Positions 18,467 to 27,842 of a stretch of 64,000 nucleotides of DNA are shown here, one piece after another; position 1 is the first letter of the stretch, and each line of letters opens with the position of its first letter. Source of the DNA: an uncultured Acidobacteriota bacterium (lineage in GTDB: Bacteria; Acidobacteriota; Thermoanaerobaculia; Multivoradales; SZUA-115); assembly GCA_963805975.1 (NCBI GenBank), contig CAWDVR010000003.1, positions 704,001 to 768,000 on the forward strand, read 5' to 3'. The translations under genes and the position numbers were made by a program. The notes below the pieces were generated by a model that had not been told where the DNA came from, did not search any database, and worked only from the letters and a program-made list of their open reading frames with translations.

Positions 18467-21196
18467 ATGAGCGGCGTCACCACGGCGCGTTTCCGGGCGG
18501 CACGGGCGGCCTTCGAGGAGATCGTCGAGCTGGCGGCCGGGGAGCGCGAGGCGCGGCTGGCGCGGCTCGTCGCGGCCGATCCAGCGCTGGCCGCCGAGAT
18601 CCGCGGCCTGCTGGCGGCGGACCAGCAGGCCGGGAGCTTCCTCGACCAGAACGCCGGCGCCTACGCTCCCGAGGTGGTGGAGGACTGGCTGGCCTCGAGC
18701 CCGGCGCCGGGCGGGGCGACCCTGGGCGAGGTGGGCCCCGGCGAGGCTCTCGGCCCCTACCGCATCCTCTCCCTCCTGGGCCGCGGCGGCATGGGAGAGG
18801 TCTACCGCGCCGAGCGCGCCGACGGCCAGTTCGAGCAACAGGTCGCCGTCAAGCTGCTGAAGCGCGGCATGGACTCGGAGGAGATCCTCAGCCGTTTCCT
18901 CCGCGAGCGGCAGATCCTGGCCCGCCTCGAGCACCCGAACATCGCCCGCCTGCTCGACGGCGGGATGACGAGGAGCGGCCGGCCCTACCTGGTGATGGAG
19001 CTCGCCGCCGGCGAGCCGATCACCGAGAGCTGCGAGCGGCGGAACCTCCCCGTCGAGGAGCGGCTGCGGCTGCTGATCCTCTGCTGCGAGGCGGTGGAGG
19101 AGGCGCACCACAACCTGGTGGTGCACTGCGACCTCAAGCCCTCGAACATCCTGGTCACCGACGACGGCGAGGTCAAGCTGCTGGATTTCGGCATCGCCAA
19201 GCTCCTGGCCAAGCGCTCGGACTCGATCCTGGTGACGCGCGCCGACGAGCGGCCCATGACCCCGGCCTACGCCGCGCCGGAGCAGATCCTGGGCCAGCCG
19301 GTCTCGACCGCCACCGACGTCTACGCGCTGGGCGTGCTGCTCTACCAGCTCCTGACCGGCCGCCTGCCGCACGACCGCGAGACCACCTCGGCGGCGGAGC
19401 TCTCCTCGCGGGTGGCGAGCGAGGCCATCACCCGGCCCTCGACGGCGGTGCGCCGCGCCGTGCTGGGCGAGGAGAGGGAGCGCGCGGTGGTGCCGGTGTC
19501 CAGGCTCCGGATCGGCTCCGCGAAGCTCGCGCGGCGGCTGGCCGGCGACCTCGACACCATCGTGCTCAAGGCGCTGCACCGCGAACCGCAGCGCCGCTAC
19601 CCCTCGGCGGCGGCCCTGGCGGACGACCTGAAGCGCCACCTCGCCGGCCGCCCGGTCAAGGCGCGGCCGGACACCGTGCTCTACCGGGCCGGCAAGTTCG
19701 TGCGCCGGCACCGGGTGGCGGTCGCCTCGACGGTGCTCGCCGCCTGCGCCCTGATCGCCGGCCTGGGCGTGGCGCTCTGGCAAGGCTCGGTGGCCCGCGC
19801 CGAGGCGCGCCGCGCGGACCTCCAGGCCAGCCGCGCGGAGGCCCAGGCCGAGCGCACCGAGCGGGTGAAGGACTTCCTCTTGGCGCTGTTCCGCGAGGCG
19901 AGCCCGCTGCAGCGGGAGAGGGACCGGCCGCTCTCGGCCGAGGAGCTGCTCGACCGCGGCATCGAGAAGGCGCGCGAGGAGCTCGGCGCCGAGCCGGTGC
20001 TCCAGGCCGAGCTGCTGCGGGACTTCAGCATGATCCTCGGCAACCTCGGGCGGACGGAGGCCGGCCTCGGGCTCGCCGAGGAGGGCCTGGCGCTCGCCCG
20101 GCGCTCGGCCGGCGAGAAGAGCGTGCTGGCGGCCGACCTCCTGGGCAGCGTCTCGTCGCTCCAGGTTCTCGGCGGCGACTACCGCGGTGCCGAGGGGACC
20201 GCGCGGCAGGCCGTGGAGATTGCCGAGCAGGCCGCGGGCAAGGGCTCGATCGAGGCCGCGGAGCAGAAGGCCACGCTGGTGATGGCGCTCTCCCACCTGG
20301 GCAAGAACGCGGAGGGCCTGGCCGTCGAGCGCGAGGTGGTGGCGAGCCTCGGCCGGCTGCGCGGCGACAACGACCCCTTCACCCTGATCAGCCTGCAGAC
20401 GCTGGGCTACATGCTGGCGGTCAACGGCCACCTGGCCGAGTCCGAGCCGATCTTCCGGCGCTCGCTCGCCGCGCTCGAGACCCGGCACGGGAAAGAGCAC
20501 ATGAAGGTCGGCATCGCCTGCATCAACCTGGGGGACGTCGTCGGCCGGCTGGGAGACCACGCCGAGGCCGTGGCACTCCTCGAGCGGGCGGTGGCCGTGC
20601 TCGGCCGGCAGCCGGGCGAGAAGCACCAGCTCTTCGTCACCGCGCTCGCCACCCTCGCGGGCATCGAGCGCGACGGCCGCCGCTTCGACCGCGCGGACGA
20701 GCTGCTGCGCCGGGCCGCGGCGATCCTCGCCGAGACCGGGCACTTCGGGCTGGGCAGCACGCAGATGGAGCTGGGAGCAAATCTCGCCGCCGCGGGGCGC
20801 TTCGCCGAGGCTGCCGCGGAGCTCGAGGCAGCGCAGGAGACCCTGCGGCGCGCAGGCCGCACCGAGACCGCCGGCTTCCAGCTCGCCGGCGCGCATCTCG
20901 CCTATGCCCGTTTCCGGCTGGGCGAGCGCGACGGCGCCGAGACCGCCCTGCGCGAGGCGCTCGCACGGCTCCAGGCCCTCACCGAGCCGGGGAGCGAGTC
21001 GCTCCTGCCGGCCGAGCTCTACCTGGGCGAGGTGCTGCGCGAGAGCGGCGCCGCGGACGAGGCCGCGGCCCTCCACCGCCAGGCCCTGGAGCGGGCGGAG
21101 CGCTTCTACGGCCCCGGCCACGCGACGGTGACCGAGGCGAAGCGCCAGCTCGAAGCCGACCTCGCGGCACCGGGCTCCAGTCCCCGCCATGAGTGA
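18467..21196 (+). CDS. Membrane Ser/Thr protein kinase with C-terminal TPR repeats
   Basis: GRGGMGEVY, VAVK, HCDLKPSN, DFGIAK, YAAPEQ, one TM segment, TPR-like array. Confidence 0.93.
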   Translation: MSGVTTARFRAARAAFEEIVELAAGEREARLARLVAADPALAAEIRGLLAADQQAGSFLDQNAGAYAPEVVEDWLASSPAPGGATLGEVGPGEALGPYRILSLLGRGGMGEVYRAERADGQFEQQVAVKLLKRGMDSEEILSRFLRERQILARLEHPNIARLLDGGMTRSGRPYLVMELAAGEPITESCERRNLPVEERLRLLILCCEAVEEAHHNLVVHCDLKPSNILVTDDGEVKLLDFGIAKLLAKRSDSILVTRADERPMTPAYAAPEQILGQPVSTATDVYALGVLLYQLLTGRLPHDRETTSAAELSSRVASEAITRPSTAVRRAVLGEERERAVVPVSRLRIGSAKLARRLAGDLDTIVLKALHREPQRRYPSAAALADDLKRHLAGRPVKARPDTVLYRAGKFVRRHRVAVASTVLAACALIAGLGVALWQGSVARAEARRADLQASRAEAQAERTERVKDFLLALFREASPLQRERDRPLSAEELLDRGIEKAREELGAEPVLQAELLRDFSMILGNLGRTEAGLGLAEEGLALARRSAGEKSVLAADLLGSVSSLQVLGGDYRGAEGTARQAVEIAEQAAGKGSIEAAEQKATLVMALSHLGKNAEGLAVEREVVASLGRLRGDNDPFTLISLQTLGYMLAVNGHLAESEPIFRRSLAALETRHGKEHMKVGIACINLGDVVGRLGDHAEAVALLERAVAVLGRQPGEKHQLFVTALATLAGIERDGRRFDRADELLRRAAAILAETGHFGLGSTQMELGANLAAAGRFAEAAAELEAAQETLRRAGRTETAGFQLAGAHLAYARFRLGERDGAETALREALARLQALTEPGSESLLPAELYLGEVLRESGAADEAAALHRQALERAERFYGPGHATVTEAKRQLEADLAAPGSSPRHE

Positions 21197-21250
21197 TTTA
21201 GGTGCAAATGGCTTCAGCGCTATGCTTCTGCCTCGGCCGCCGCGTCCCGC

Positions 21251-21277
21251 TGTCATCCTGAGCGCAGCGAAGGATCT
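21251..21277 (+). repeat. REP-like palindromic repeat, copy 1
   Basis: TGTCATCCTGAGCGCAGCGAAGGATCT; identical 27-mer at 25609-25635; internal ATCCT/AGGAT stem. Confidence 0.85.
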
Positions 21278-21299
21278 CGGCCAGCCAGGAGGTTCCGCC

Positions 21300-22529
21300 A
21301 TGAAGGCTCGATCGGCTCTGAGAATGGCCTCCCTGGCATTCGCCCTGGCGCTGGCGGCGGGCCCGGCCCTGGGCGGCGGCCTGCCGGCGTTTCCCGGCGC
21401 GCAGGGCTTCGGCGCCGGGGCGAGCGGTGGTCGCGGTGGCCAGGTCTATAGGGTCACGAACCTGGACGCCTCGGGGCCGGGAAGCCTGCAATGGGCCGCG
21501 GATCGTCCCGGAGCCCGCACCGTCGTCTTCGCCGTCTCGGGGGTGATCCATAGCGACGTCTACATCGACCACGGCAACCTGACGATTGCCGGCCAGACCG
21601 CGCCGGGCGCCGGCATCACCATCCACGGCCACCTCTACAGCGAGTACGAGTTCGGCATCTCGAACATCATCGTCCGCCACCTGCGGGTGCGCTCGCCGCT
21701 CTCCGGGCCGGGGTGGCCGGACGGCGCGCGCATCTCGGTCCACCACAACCTGTTCGCGCACGCACGCGCCCGCACCCCGGCGCTCGCCACCGGCCCCGCC
21801 GACGTGCGCAACAACGTGATCTACAACGGCCGTGAAGGCTTCACGCACCACAACCCGGCGGCCGGGGACTTCAACATCGTGGGCAACTACTACCGCGACG
21901 GGCAGAGCAACACGCTCGCTCCGCTGTGGTTCGACCCGGAGAACGGCCCCACGGTGCCCAGCCGCTACTACGTGTGGAACAACTGGGTGGACGACCCCGG
22001 CATCTTCACCGGCCGGGTGGACAACCCGTTCACCACCGCCGGCTTCGGTACTGCCTACACTTTCGAGTGCTGCGGCATCCAGGCGTCGCAGTTCAACGCG
22101 GTGGGGGAGCTCGACTTCAGCGCCCACGCCGGCTACGTGCCGATTCCGACCACCAGCCCGGCGGCGGCCTACGAGGAGGTGCTGAAGCGTGCCGGTGCCT
22201 GGCCGCGCGACACCGTGAACTGGCGGGCCGAGAACGAGACCCGGAGCCGCACCGGCACCAACGGCAACCACCGGCCCGCCGACTGGCTCGAGGGCCTGGT
22301 GCCGGACGTGCCCCCGCCGGACGCGGACCAGGACGGCATGGGCGACGCCTGGGAGCTGCTCCACGGCCTGAACCCGGCCAACGGCGCCGATCATGCGACG
22401 GTGAGGCCCTCGGGCTACACGGCGATCGAGGAGTACGTGAACGAGCTCGCCGACGCCATCACCGGCCGGCTCTTCGCGGACGGCTTCGAGATCGGGGGCT
22501 TTGGCCGCTGGGCGCTGGTAGTGCCATAG
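21300..22529 (+). CDS. Secreted pectate lyase-like (PL1-type) protein, apparently with internal deletion
   Basis: PAFPGAQGFG, GGRGG, VTNLDASGPGSL, TIAGQTAPG, HHNLFAH, DADQDGMGDAWE, GYTAIEEYVN; C-terminal LFADGFE motif. Confidence 0.82.
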   Translation: MKARSALRMASLAFALALAAGPALGGGLPAFPGAQGFGAGASGGRGGQVYRVTNLDASGPGSLQWAADRPGARTVVFAVSGVIHSDVYIDHGNLTIAGQTAPGAGITIHGHLYSEYEFGISNIIVRHLRVRSPLSGPGWPDGARISVHHNLFAHARARTPALATGPADVRNNVIYNGREGFTHHNPAAGDFNIVGNYYRDGQSNTLAPLWFDPENGPTVPSRYYVWNNWVDDPGIFTGRVDNPFTTAGFGTAYTFECCGIQASQFNAVGELDFSAHAGYVPIPTTSPAAAYEEVLKRAGAWPRDTVNWRAENETRSRTGTNGNHRPADWLEGLVPDVPPPDADQDGMGDAWELLHGLNPANGADHATVRPSGYTAIEEYVNELADAITGRLFADGFEIGGFGRWALVVP

Positions 22530-22542
22530 CATCGGCCTGCCC

Positions 22543-24099
22543 ATGGCCCGATCTCGCCCCCATCGACTCCTCGCCGGCACCCTGGCCCTGCAGCTCGCCC
22601 TGTGGGCCTGCGGCGGCGAGGCACCGGCGCCCGCGGTATCCCTGACCTCGCCACCGGCGCCCGAGCCCGTGGCTCAAGCCGCGCCTCCGGACGGCGGCAC
22701 CGCACTCCAGGCGGGCCCGCGGCCGAACGTGCTGCTCGTCCTGGCCGACGATCTCACCACCCACCTCGGCGCCTACGGCCATCCCGAGATCGTGAGCCCG
22801 AGCTTCGATCGCCTCGCCGCCCGCGGCTTTCGCTTCGATCGCGCCTACTGCCAGTTCCCGCAATGCAACCCGTCGCGGGCCTCGCTCCTCGCCGGGTTGC
22901 TGCCCAGCACGTTGCAGGTCTACAACAACGACGTGCCGCCGCGCTCCTTCCTGAAGGACGCGGTCTACCTGCCCGGCTTTTTCCACCAACAGGGCTACTT
23001 CACCTTCCGCGCCGGGAAGATCCTGCACTCGATGTTCGACGACGCCCAGCCGTTCGACGAAGTGGCGGACCTGGCCGCGATTCGGCCCGCAGCGCCCTAC
23101 CCCAAGCTCCGCCGGCACGAGCAGCAGAAGGCGGCGCGGGAGGCGGCGAAGCAGGGCCGCAAGGCCGCACCGCCGCAGCGTCTCTTCGGCCAGGCGATCC
23201 CCGACGCTCAAGGCCTGTGGCTGGAGGACAGCCGGGTGGCCGAGGCGAGCGTCCGCTTTCTCGCCGGCGCCAAGGCGCGGCAGCCCTTCTTCATGGCGGT
23301 GGGCTTCAACGCCACGCACCCGGACTGGGTAGCCAGGGAGAGCGACTTCGCGCACTACCCGGCGGAGAAGATCGAGCTCGCCGCGGCGCCGGCCGGGGAC
23401 CTCGACGACGTTCCGGCAGCGGCCCTGCGCTACGCCACCCGCCGGCCGCAGATCCCCGCCGAGGAGCAGCGCGCGCTCCGCGCCGCGTACTTCGCCACCG
23501 TCACCTTCATGGACGAGCAGCTCGGCCGCATCCTGGCCGCGCTCGACGCCGCGGGGCTCGCCGAGTCGACCGTCGTGGTCTTCGCCGGCGACCACGGCCA
23601 GCATTTGGGCGAGCATGGTGGGGGCGAACACGGCGGGCTGTGGGAGAAGTTCACGCTCTTCGAGGAGACGGCCCGCGCGCCGCTGGTGATGGCCGGTCCC
23701 GGCGTGCCCGGCGGCCGGGGGAGCGCCTGCCCGGTGGAGCTGCTGGACGTGTTCCCGACGCTCGCCAAAGTCGCCGGCTTGGCGCCGCCCGCGAACCTCG
23801 AAGGCCTGAGCCTCGTGCCCCTCTTCGCCTATCCCGAGCGCTGCCTGCGGAGCGGCGCCCTCACCGAGCTCTGGCTGGGGACGGTGCCGCCCACCTTCGC
23901 GCGCTCGGTGCGCAGCGATCGCTACCGCTACACCGAGTGGGGCGACGCCGGGACCGAGCTCTACGACCATCAGGCCGACCCCGGCGAGCATCGCAATCTG
24001 GCGGACGGCGGGGCTGCGCGGGATTCGGCGGCGCGCGCGGTCGTCGAGGAGCAGCGGCGCAAGCTCGCGGCGCGGATGGCGGCGGGCGGGCCCCGATGA
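22543..24099 (+). CDS. Cys-type S1 sulfatase lipoprotein (iduronate-2-sulfatase-like)
   Basis: PNVLLVLADD, CNPSRAS (CxPxR), GKILH, GDHG, WEKFTLFE; lipobox LWAC. Confidence 0.92.
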   Translation: MARSRPHRLLAGTLALQLALWACGGEAPAPAVSLTSPPAPEPVAQAAPPDGGTALQAGPRPNVLLVLADDLTTHLGAYGHPEIVSPSFDRLAARGFRFDRAYCQFPQCNPSRASLLAGLLPSTLQVYNNDVPPRSFLKDAVYLPGFFHQQGYFTFRAGKILHSMFDDAQPFDEVADLAAIRPAAPYPKLRRHEQQKAAREAAKQGRKAAPPQRLFGQAIPDAQGLWLEDSRVAEASVRFLAGAKARQPFFMAVGFNATHPDWVARESDFAHYPAEKIELAAAPAGDLDDVPAAALRYATRRPQIPAEEQRALRAAYFATVTFMDEQLGRILAALDAAGLAESTVVVFAGDHGQHLGEHGGGEHGGLWEKFTLFEETARAPLVMAGPGVPGGRGSACPVELLDVFPTLAKVAGLAPPANLEGLSLVPLFAYPERCLRSGALTELWLGTVPPTFARSVRSDRYRYTEWGDAGTELYDHQADPGEHRNLADGGAARDSAARAVVEEQRRKLAARMAAGGPR

Positions 24100-25608
24100 G
24101 GCTCGGAGCGCTGGTGCCGGCGCTGCTGCCGGTGCTGCTGCTGGGGGCCTGCGGGGGCGAGGCGCCCCCGGCGCCCGCTGCCGCGCCATCGCCCCGCGTC
24201 GAGCGCCCCAACGTGCTCCTGATCGTGGCGGACGACATGACACCGCACCTCGGTGCCTACGGCCACTTGGGGCTAGTCACGCCGCACCTCGACCGCCTGG
24301 CCGCGCGCGGCCTGCGCTTCGACCGCGCCTTCTGCCAGACGCCGCTCTGCAACCCGTCCCGCGCCTCGTTCCTCTCGGGCCGGACGGCGGCCACCACCGG
24401 CGTGTACGACAACGCGGCGGAGCCGCGCCCCAACGTCGCCAACCAGCCGCTCCTCCCCAGCCTGTTCAAGAGCGGCGGCTACACGACGCTGCGGGTGGGC
24501 AAGCTCCTGCACTTCGACGAGGTCCAGCCCTTCGACGAGGTGGGCCTGCCGCTCTCCGTGGTGCCGGACGCGCCCATGCCGCGCCTCGAGCGCCACCGGC
24601 TCCAGCGCGAGGCGCGCCGCGCGCTGAAGAAGAAAGGCGTGACTCTGGCCAAGGGCACGCAGCCGTCGATCGATCGGCTGATGGTGCAGGAGCTCTCGGA
24701 GAGCCCAAGCCCTGTGGCTCGAGGACAGCCGGGTGGCCGAGCTCGCCGTCCGCTTTCTCGACAGCGCCGCGGCGCGCCAGCCTTTCTTCATGGCCGTGGG
24801 CTTCACCTCGCCGCACCCGGACTTCGTGGCCCCGGCGAGCGCCTTCGCGCCCTACGCGCTCGACGCCATGCCCGTGACCCAGGCGCCTGCGGGAGACCTC
24901 GACGACGTGCCCGCGGCGGCGCTCACCTACGCCAAGTGGCACCCGGAGTTCGGCGAGGCCAAGCAACGGGAGCTGCTGCGCGGCTACTTCGCCTCGCTCA
25001 CCTTCATGGACCGCCAGGTGGGCCGTGTGCTCGACGCCCTGGACCGCGCCGGCCTCGCCGGGCGGACGATCGTGGTCTTCGTCTCCGACCACGGCCAGCA
25101 CTTGGGCGAGCACGGCGGGCTGTGGGCCAAGCTGACGCTCTTCGAGGAGTCGCTCCGCGTGCCGCTGCTCCTCGCCGGACCCGGCATCCCGGTGGGGGAG
25201 ACGCCGTGTGTCGTCGAGCTCCTGGACCTCTACCCGACCGTGGCCGGCCTCGCGGGCCTCACCTTGCCGGCCGGCCTCGAAGGCCGCGATCTCTCGCCGC
25301 TCTTCACGCGGCCGGGCCAGTGCAAGGAGCTGGCGGGCGGCGAGCGCGGCGCGCTCTCGGAAATTCGCCTGGCCGCCGGGACGGGCAAGGTCGCGCGCTC
25401 GCTCCGCACCGAGCGCTACCGCTACACCGAGTGGGGGAGCCCGGACGAGGCCGAGCTCTACGACCTCGCAGCCGACCCCGGCGAGCACATCAACCTGGCT
25501 CGCGATTCCGCCGCTCACCGGCCGGTGGAGGAGCAGCGCCAACGGCTCGCGGCCCGGCTGGCGGCGCTCGAGGGGCCACGGCAGGCGGCCCCGGAAACCC
25601 CGCCGTAG
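24096..25608 (+). pseudogene. Second S1 sulfatase lipoprotein, tandem paralog, frameshift near 24710 (possibly sequencing indel)
   Basis: LGAC lipobox, PNVLLIVADD and CNPSRAS in one frame; LWLEDSRVAE onward (matching the upstream paralog) in another frame to 25608. Confidence 0.85.
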
Positions 25609-25635
25609 TGTCATCCTGAGCGCAGCGAAGGATCT
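25609..25635 (+). repeat. REP-like palindromic repeat, copy 2
   Basis: Identical to 21251-21277; begins immediately after the sulfatase stop and supplies the modC stop codon. Confidence 0.85.
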
Positions 25636-26372
25636 GGGCGGGGGCCGGTAGCCGCACCTGCCCCAGTTCCCTCGCCCCTGATCTCGTAGGCCGGCCGCTC
25701 CACGACCCGGAACACCTCCGCCGGCGTGCCCTGGCGGACGGTCCGGCCGCGGTCGAGGACCAGCACCTCATCGGCCAGGGCGACGATCTCGTCCGCCTGG
25801 TGGCTGACGTAGAGCATGGGCACCTGGAACTCGTCCCGCACCGTCTTCAGGTAGGGCAGGATGCGCTGCTTCAGGCCCTGGTCGAGCGAGGCCAGGGGCT
25901 CGTCCAGGAGCAGCAGCCGGGGGCCGGAGAGGAGCGCCCGGCCGAGCGAGACCCGCTGGCGCTCGCCACCCGAGAGCTGGCCCACGCCGCGCTCGAGCAG
26001 CCCGCCTAGCGCCAGCACCTCGACCACGTGCCCGAGCGTGGGCCCGCCGTTCTCGAGGCCGCGCCGCTCGCCGTAGAGCAAATTCTCGCGCACCGAGCGG
26101 TGGGGGAAGAGCGCGCCGTCCTGCGGCACGTAGCCGATGCGCCGGGCACGGGTCGGCACCGCGATGCGGCGGCCGGTGTCGGTCAGAACCTCGTCGCCGA
26201 GCCGGATCACGGCCGATTGCGCGCGGCGCAGGCCCGCGATCAGGTCGAGGAGCGAGGTCTTGCCCGCTCCTGACGGCCCGAAGAGGCCGGTCACCCGTGC
26301 GCTCAAGGTGGCATTCACTTCCAGGGTGAAGGAGGCGAGGTCGAGCCGTACCCCGGACAGGGTGAGCGTCAT
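25611..26372 (-). CDS. modC: Molybdate ABC transporter ATP-binding subunit (short, no TOBE domain)
   Basis: GPSGAGKT, RIGYVPQDGALFPH, LSGGERQR, LLLLDEP; follows modB. Confidence 0.9.
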   Translation of the reverse strand: MTLTLSGVRLDLASFTLEVNATLSARVTGLFGPSGAGKTSLLDLIAGLRRAQSAVIRLGDEVLTDTGRRIAVPTRARRIGYVPQDGALFPHRSVRENLLYGERRGLENGGPTLGHVVEVLALGGLLERGVGQLSGGERQRVSLGRALLSGPRLLLLDEPLASLDQGLKQRILPYLKTVRDEFQVPMLYVSHQADEIVALADEVLVLDRGRTVRQGTPAEVFRVVERPAYEIRGEGTGAGAATGPRPDPSLRSG

Positions 26373-27055
26373 GCGCTGGCCTTCGCCGCCACGGGCGGCT
26401 TCGGCCGCAGCAGCCGCTCGTGCAGCAGCACCGCGCCGAAGGCGAGGAGCACCGAGGCCGCCAGCAGGCGCAGAGCCCCCTCGTCCTGGCCGAGCTGGAT
26501 GCGCTGGAAGATCTCGAGGGACAGCGTGGTGGTACGGCCCGGGATGTTGCCCGCCACGACGATGGTGGCGCCGAACTCGCCCAGCGCGCGGGCGAAGGCG
26601 AGGAGCAGGCCGGAGAGGATGCCGCGCGCCGCGAGGGGCAGGCTGATCGAGAAGAACACGCGGCGGTCCGTGGCGCCCAGGGTGCGTGCGATCTGCTCGA
26701 GCCGCGGCTCCACTCCTTCGAAAGCGACGCGGGCGCCGCGCACCAGGAGCGGGAAGGACATCACCGCCATGGCCAGCACGACACCCCGCCAGGTGAAGAC
26801 CACCTCGAGCCCGAGGTCGTGGAGCAGCGAGCCGAGGGCGCCCCGGCGGCCGGTGGCGCGCAGCAGCAGGAATCCGGTGGCGACCGGCGGCAGCACCAGG
26901 GGCAGGGCCACCAGGGTCTCGACCAGCGCCTTGCCCGGGAAGTGGCGGCGGGCGAGCAGCCAGGCGAGCGCGATGCCCGGGGGGAGGATCAGTGCCGTCG
27001 CCAGCGCCGCGGTGGCGACGCTGAAGCGCGCGATCTGCCACTCCTCGGGGGTCAT
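26369..27055 (-). CDS. modB: Molybdate ABC transporter permease
   Basis: LPLVLPPVATGF, ARTLGA, FARALGEFGATIVVAGNIPGRT. Confidence 0.95.
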   Translation of the reverse strand: MTPEEWQIARFSVATAALATALILPPGIALAWLLARRHFPGKALVETLVALPLVLPPVATGFLLLRATGRRGALGSLLHDLGLEVVFTWRGVVLAMAVMSFPLLVRGARVAFEGVEPRLEQIARTLGATDRRVFFSISLPLAARGILSGLLLAFARALGEFGATIVVAGNIPGRTTTLSLEIFQRIQLGQDEGALRLLAASVLLAFGAVLLHERLLRPKPPVAAKASA

Positions 27056-27816
27056 TCCCCTTGGATTTCGAAGCCGAACCGCTTGAAAACGGCGAGCCCG
27101 TCCGGTGACTCGAGGCAGGCGAGGAAGCGGCGCGCGGCGTCGAGGCGCGGCGACTCGGCGACCAGGGCCAGGGGGTAGGAGATGCGCGGCCCCTCGGCCG
27201 CCGGCACTTCGAAGGCGACCTTGACCTTCTTCGAGATCCCGGCGTCGGTCTTGTAGACGATGCCGGCGTCCACGTTGCCGGCCTCGACCGCGGCGAGCGC
27301 CGCACGCACGTTCTCGGTGGGCACCACGCGGTCGATCACCCGGCTCCAGAGCTTTTGGCTCTGCAGGTACTGCTTGGCGTAGATGCCGGCCGGCACGGTC
27401 TGGGGCTCGGCGAGGGCCAGGGCGCGCACCCGCGGCGCGGCGAGGTCGGCAATGGTCTTCATCTCGAGGCTGGAGTCGAAAGGCACCACTACCACCAGGC
27501 GGTTCGAGAGCAGGCTCTTGCGCGAACCGGGCACCACGTGGCCGCCCTTCTCCAGGCGGTCCATGGTGGCCTCGTCCGCGGAGAGGAAGAGGTCGGCCGG
27601 CGCGCCCTCGGCGATCTGCCGCCCCAGGAGGTTCGAGGCCGCGAAGTTGAACACCACGCGATCGCCGCCGCTCTTCTCGTAGGCAATGCCGATCTCTTTC
27701 AAGGCGTCGGTCAGGCTGGCGGCGGCGAACACGCTGACCTCGCCGGCCGAGGCGGCCGGCGCCAGTGCAGCCGCGAGGAGAAGCACCAGCAGGCGGGACA
27801 GGAAGGTCGCTTTCAT
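27052..27816 (-). CDS. modA: Molybdate ABC transporter substrate-binding protein
   Basis: VFAAASLTDA, GAPADLFLSAD, VPAGIYA, ENVRAAL, GIVYKTDA; signal peptide. Confidence 0.95.
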   Translation of the reverse strand: MKATFLSRLLVLLLAAALAPAASAGEVSVFAAASLTDALKEIGIAYEKSGGDRVVFNFAASNLLGRQIAEGAPADLFLSADEATMDRLEKGGHVVPGSRKSLLSNRLVVVVPFDSSLEMKTIADLAAPRVRALALAEPQTVPAGIYAKQYLQSQKLWSRVIDRVVPTENVRAALAAVEAGNVDAGIVYKTDAGISKKVKVAFEVPAAEGPRISYPLALVAESPRLDAARRFLACLESPDGLAVFKRFGFEIQGE

Positions 27817-27842
27817 CAGGGGCCTCCAGGCGGGACGTGGGC

